Assembly: GCA_043228905.1 (NCBI GenBank)
Contig: JBHGNT010000003.1
Coordinates: forward strand, 24,056,001-24,120,000
Length of the DNA stretch: 64,000 nt
Source: Azolla caroliniana
Taxonomy: Eukaryota; Plantae; Polypodiophyta
Reading direction: 5' to 3'
Of the stretch, positions 59,050-64,000 are shown piece after piece; the first letter of the stretch is position 1; each line of letters begins with the position of its first letter. The translations under genes and the position numbers were made by a program. The notes below the pieces were generated by a model that saw only the letters and a program-made list of their open reading frames with translations, was not told where the DNA came from and did no database searches.

Positions 59050-60650
59050 AAAGACATAATTGCTTGTATTTGCTGGCATTGGGCAACACTTCAATGTATG
59101 TAATCAGACTCGAGTATTTCCTCATAGTGATAAACGTAATTGTTGTTGTCCAAAAGGAAGATTTACCATGGTTGTTTCTTTTTCTAATGACATCCCAAGT
59201 AGAAAATCCAAAAGGAAAGGCCAACAAGGTACATCCTGTCGAAGGCACAACAAATTCATAGTGAGGCATAACAAGAAAGGTGTATGTAGGCTGTCTTCAT
59301 TTTTCTTACCTTTGGCATCTTCACTCGTTATGAAAAATAACATGGAGAATCATTTGCATTTATTGTGAGAAGATATTCAACAAGTTGGTAGAGAAGCCTT
59401 GGATTTAGCATCCAATATGTGGAGAATTTATGGGGAGTCATATAGTATGGCAATATGCATAGTGTGGAATAAATTCATGCTCGTCTTAACGAATCATAAA
59501 GAAATAAACACTACAAAACCTACAAAGCAATTTAAGACAAATGTAGAGATTACAGTAGAGTTGGAGAGGGTTTGGCACCTTCATGATGTGGACATTTGGA
59601 ACAAAATCTTAACAATAGAACATGGCTTTCCAACTGCAAGAGGATGGCCTAAAATATTTATAGCCCCACAACTAGTGGTGAATCAAGAGGTTTGACATGA
59701 ATATACGTTTGTCACAACAATGTAGTTGATTTTTTGACAAATTTAGATGCATAGAAATGGGGCAGATTACAATGACATAAACCTATATCACAAACATTGC
59801 CATAAGATACATATTACAAGTATTCTATTCCACTAACTTAATTCTTATGATTAAAGTAAATTATACTTATAAATGCACTAGACATACCTTTTCCTTTCTA
59901 ATATTATTATCCTCTTTCTTGTTGATTGTTCGTTAACTATAAATGCATTTGTCAAAATTGTGTTGATTTATTTTGACGTGTTACTCAATGCTGGAATTTT
60001 ATAATATGTATGGAATTGATACCATCAGCAAGCTAGGATAGCCAATACACAACCAATCCCTAGCTAGTCATATATACTTTCATTTAGAAAATGGGGCTTC
60101 TCCTTACAAAAAATGTTGATTCCATGTACAAAGATACTAAAACGACTTCCCCCAAAAGGTCCATTTTAATGTCCATAAGAGGGCACAAAACAAAGTCTAC
60201 TGAGAAGATAATAAGGTGAGAGCATAAATAGATTCAATATGCATTGAAGTAAAAGAGAATTGATTGAGACATAGGAAAGTAGGCATATGTGTTCTTCACA
60301 TCACAAGTTTATGGCAAGCCAAAGGGGGAGGAAGGAAAAAGACGAATAGTCATTTACAGGATGGGCCCACATTGTAGTTCAACTTATACATGTGTATGCT
60401 AAGACTTGACTATAGCTCAACACATGCACAAGTGAATGAGGATAGTTTGAAGAGGTGGGACATGAAGGTGCACTTCCTCATCTTTGTACATATATCTCCA
60501 TATAAGATTGACCGACAAAATGGGGACGTGGCTTTAAAAAGGGTTATGTACAAGAGAAATTCCCTCTTAATTATTAAGGTGCCAAGACATTCAACTGCCC
60601 CCTTCCACATAGAGGCATGAAATGAATCAAAACGGTATAATGAAAATAGA
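59050..60650 (+). mobile_element. Heavily decayed hAT-like (DUF659-type) transposase remnant
   Basis: Fragments in order across frames: LIVINVIV/CPKGRF (cf. PLINFLVxCPKG), NHLHLL*EDIQQV (cf. HCLDLLLEDIGK), FGTFMM (cf. RFATxF), KRWDMKVH (cf. RWDxQLH). Matched by eye only. Confidence 0.4.
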
Positions 60651-61079
60651 ATTGTAAAATCTGAAATGGAATATCCAAGTAAAATTTGTAATGTGTTCTT
60701 TAGCCTTAAATCGATCTTCCGTTAGTTTGGTTCTATGCAAAGAGCATCCATTCTCGAGGGGGATGGTTGTATCCTCATCATTAGTTTCTTGAACCTCATA
60801 AGAGGAAATTTTCGAAGATTGGGGGAGTCAATCAAATCCTTCTCTAATCTTTTTTCATCTCGCAGGTGTTGGAACTTACGAAGGCTACGTTTATAAGGTG
60901 GACGGACTATCGACATACGAATTACCCACCAATTCTCATCATTCATGTTGTGATGCATCAAGAGTTGGCGTTAATGTGATTCTTTTGAAGCTACGGTAGG
61001 GGGGGGCGGGTAAGACCTTATGTATGCCAACGTTGAGAGAGAGATAGGAAGGATTCTTCATTGGGAGAGGGCCATGGCC

Positions 61080-61234
61080 CCATTGGATTCAAAGGAAGAA
61101 CACACACACACACACACACACACACAAGCGTGTGTATACACACACAGTATCTCTCTCTCTCTCTATGTGTTTGTCTGTCTGTGTCAGTCTATGTCTTCAA
61201 TAGTACGTGGTTTTTCTTTCACTAGTACAAACAC

Positions 61235-61267
<33 letters not shown>

Positions 61268-61446
61268 GCCTCTCTCTCTCTCTCTCTCTCTCTCTGACTC
61301 TCTCTCTGACTCTCTCTGTCTGTCCGCTTCTGTCTCTCTGCTTCTATTTCTCTGTCTTCCTTCATATACATATGCATATGCATACATACACATACACTGA
61401 AGTTCCACACCTTCATTCATTATGTATATTATTCTGAGTCTGACCT

Positions 61447-61520
<74 letters not shown>

Positions 61521-61670
61521 GTCACTCACTCACACACACACACACTCACACACAGACCCAAATCTCTCTAAAAGACATACATACATACATAACCATGAGT
61601 ATAAGTATACCGTATAACTATCTATCTACATATGTCTATCAATCTATACCTATCTATACCTATCTATGCA

Positions 61671-61703
<33 letters not shown>

Positions 61704-61759
61704 GTATATGTCTGTATATAACACAGAGGGCCCCTCCCCTTCCCTCTCATCTTCATTCC

Positions 61760-61797
<38 letters not shown>

Positions 61798-62146
61798 CTC
61801 TCTCTGCACACAACTGAGAAATATCAGCATTGCAGCTTTCTCATCTCTCACTCTCACTCTCACTCTCTCTCTCTCTCACTCATGCTCTGTTGTTACCCAT
61901 TACCTCTCTCTCTCTCTCTCTCTCTCTGTGTCTGTGTTCTTCCTGTCTTTCTTCTTCTTCTCTGCCATTGCCCGCTGTACCTTCTCACATAATTCGCTTC
62001 ATCTTCTTTCTTTTCTTCTGATTACCAATTCAATATAGTGTGTTTTGTCTGCGTGAGACAGACAGACATTCAGACACACCCAGAGAGACAGAGAGAGCTG
62101 TGAGCTCTGAGAGAGAGAGAGAGAGACAGAGAGAGAGCTATGAGAG
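61080..62146. repeat. Dense cluster of (CA)n, (CT)n, (TACA)n and (GA)n microsatellites upstream of the last gene
   Basis: Seen directly. It generates the spurious [12 protein letters not shown] ORFs in the track. Confidence 0.95.
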
Positions 62147-62742
62147 CTTTATATACTAATCAATAGAATGATCTCTGATCATGCTGCCATTACAGAGGGG
62201 GCCTTCTGGCCCTTAACCACATGAACAACGCTTGCTCCTGCTACTGATGCTGCTGCTCCGGCTTCTTCTTCTTCTTCTTCTGCAGCTCAGCTTTTTTCTC
62301 GTTTAGTAAACCAAACCAAATCTCGGACTGCTGCAGCTTATCCATTCTTGTTCTTATTCCTAAAACAGATGGAGCCATTTTCCTAAATCAATGAATTGGC
62401 TCAAACCATACAACACAAACACAATTAATTAAACTACGCAATTAATTACAGTACTGTAGACGGTGGCATATATGTTTATGCTTCTCCAGCTGCTGCTCAT
62501 AATAGCAATAATGGTGGTGTCCCTACCGCTAATTAATTAGTTAATTCATTAATTTGCATGATTAACTCGCCTGCATACTACTCTATTACGGTTATTATTA
62601 GAATTTGCTTGAAGACACATAACCTCATGTCGACCTGCTTCTGGTCTTAAATTAAGTATTGTTTCTAGCTATAACTAATGGTAATTTATCCTAAAATCTG
62701 CCATTAAAGTAAAGAGCATATATACGATAAAGACAGAGTAAA

Positions 62743-63502
62743 ATGGAGGGCCCCAGGAATATGTTCTCTGCTGCATCAACACAATATACTGCTAATAATC
62801 ATAATGGTAACAGTAACAGCAGCAGTAGCCATCATCGTGTCAATGAAGATGGCGGTAGTAGCAGTCCTAACCACACCTTGCAGCAGCAGCAGCAGTTGAA
62901 TTTACTGCAGGCCGCGGCGCAAAACCCAGGTGCAGGCACCATAGCCATAGCCATAGGGCAGCAACAGCAACAGCAACAGCAGAATGCAGAGCAATGCAGC
63001 AGAAAGTCGAGCTCCTCCTCTGCCTCCGATCGAATGGAGGTGGAAGCAGCGGAGAGGTCCAGCCGCGGATTGGGAGGCATGGCGGAGGCCGCCGATCAAC
63101 AGCAGTATCATCAGCTCTACCATCACGAGCTGAACCGCCTGGCGCAGTTGCAGAGCTCGGGCGCCGCCTCCACAGGGTTTGCAGGTTTAGGCGGCTTCCT
63201 AGGCGGCTCGTCGTCGTCGTCGTCCTCCTCTCTGGTGCGCAGCAACTCCACTCTCGGCTTGGCTTCTGCTGGCCACGATCAATCCGCCGGACATTACCCT
63301 ACTGCTTCTACGGATTTCTCAGCCATGATGGCCGGCAGTACTGATCTTTATTATGGCCTCCGTACCGCCGCCTCCAGCCGTACAGGCGAGGACAGTAATA
63401 GCAATTCCATGGCGTCTGTTTACGATGCAATGGCTGCAGCTCGCTCCAGTCTATATCATTCCCCTCTGCTCAGCAATCCATACGCTTCTCTCCAAAATTC
63501 AG
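62743..63502 (+). CDS. First coding exon of an unidentified protein with a Q/S/G/A-rich low-complexity N-terminus (transcription-regulator-like); gene continues beyond the window
   Basis: GC-rich open frame from a good-context ATG (aaaATGG) with polyQ and polyS tracts. A donor CAG|GTATAT at 63502/63503 is followed by AT-rich intron-like sequence. No diagnostic domain is visible. Confidence 0.7.
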
Positions 63503-64000
63503 GTATATGTATATATGGATGTATGTATGTACATAATATATGCATATATGTGTGTAGTAAATCATTGATTAGATATATTGTTCCTTCGACTGATTAATCC
63601 ATGGATTAATATCGTGTTTCCCTCTAAAAGCATTCATGGGCAAGTCTGTGGGAAATTGACACAATGCGGCCTGCCGATCAATCCGCAGATGAATAATGCC
63701 ACGGCTCATGAAGGATTTTGATTTAAAAGTTCTTTTTCTTTTCGTAAAGTTCGCGACAGCAACGTATTGCATGGAATTTTTTGCTCTGTTCCTCGTATTC
63801 TTCTGTGTCGAGAAGAGCTAGAGAGACAGACAGACAGACAGACAGACACAGAGATGGAGATGTGAGAGAATGTTGGACAGGAAAATCAGAGTGGAAAGAG
63901 TATCGTTTACGTATAGAGGACCGCTGTCTTGCTTTCGTGCTTTTTTGAGCATGATTTCTGTCACTACAAGAAGCGCGTTCTTCTCCTCTGTTTCTTTTTG

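Noticed and set aside
61020-62038. Several 60-150 aa ORFs ([16 protein letters not shown])
   Set aside because: They are translations of dinucleotide microsatellites.
63503-63597. Tail ICIYGCMYVH... of the 284-aa ORF, and any family name for that gene
   Set aside because: The tail is intron read-through after the donor at 63503, and no diagnostic domain lies inside the window, so no name is given.

Overview
Eukaryotic land-plant nuclear DNA, not prokaryotic: it has GT-AG introns, microsatellites and decayed LINE, gypsy, copia and hAT remnants. The style suggests a fern or other non-seed plant, which is inference only. Genes in order: (1) an intronless FIDDLEHEAD/KCS10-like 3-ketoacyl-CoA synthase (+) with Tyr at the catalytic His position; (2) an intronless TORNADO1-like LRR-Roc-COR (Roco) GTPase (-) that the ORF track splits in two but is one reading frame broken by a single in-frame TGA; (3) head-to-head with it, a 2-exon G-type lectin S-domain receptor kinase (+) with degenerate catalytic motifs (pseudokinase); (4) an intronless C3HC4 RING E3 ligase with two internal 11-aa repeat arrays; (5) a 4-exon TAF11 (-), reconstructed by hand; (6) two decayed LINEs; (7) an 18-exon peroxisomal multifunctional protein AIM1/MFP (+) ending in PTS1 ARL, with a duplicated splice acceptor that could act as a recursive splice site; (8) about 21 kb with no recognisable host gene; (9) the first coding exon of an unidentified Q/S/G-rich protein behind a run of short upstream ORFs. 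The best candidate for an undescribed system is the divergent Roco / S-domain pseudokinase pair, with a W-box-rich stretch between them. It remains a hypothesis, and the Roco allele here carries a premature stop.
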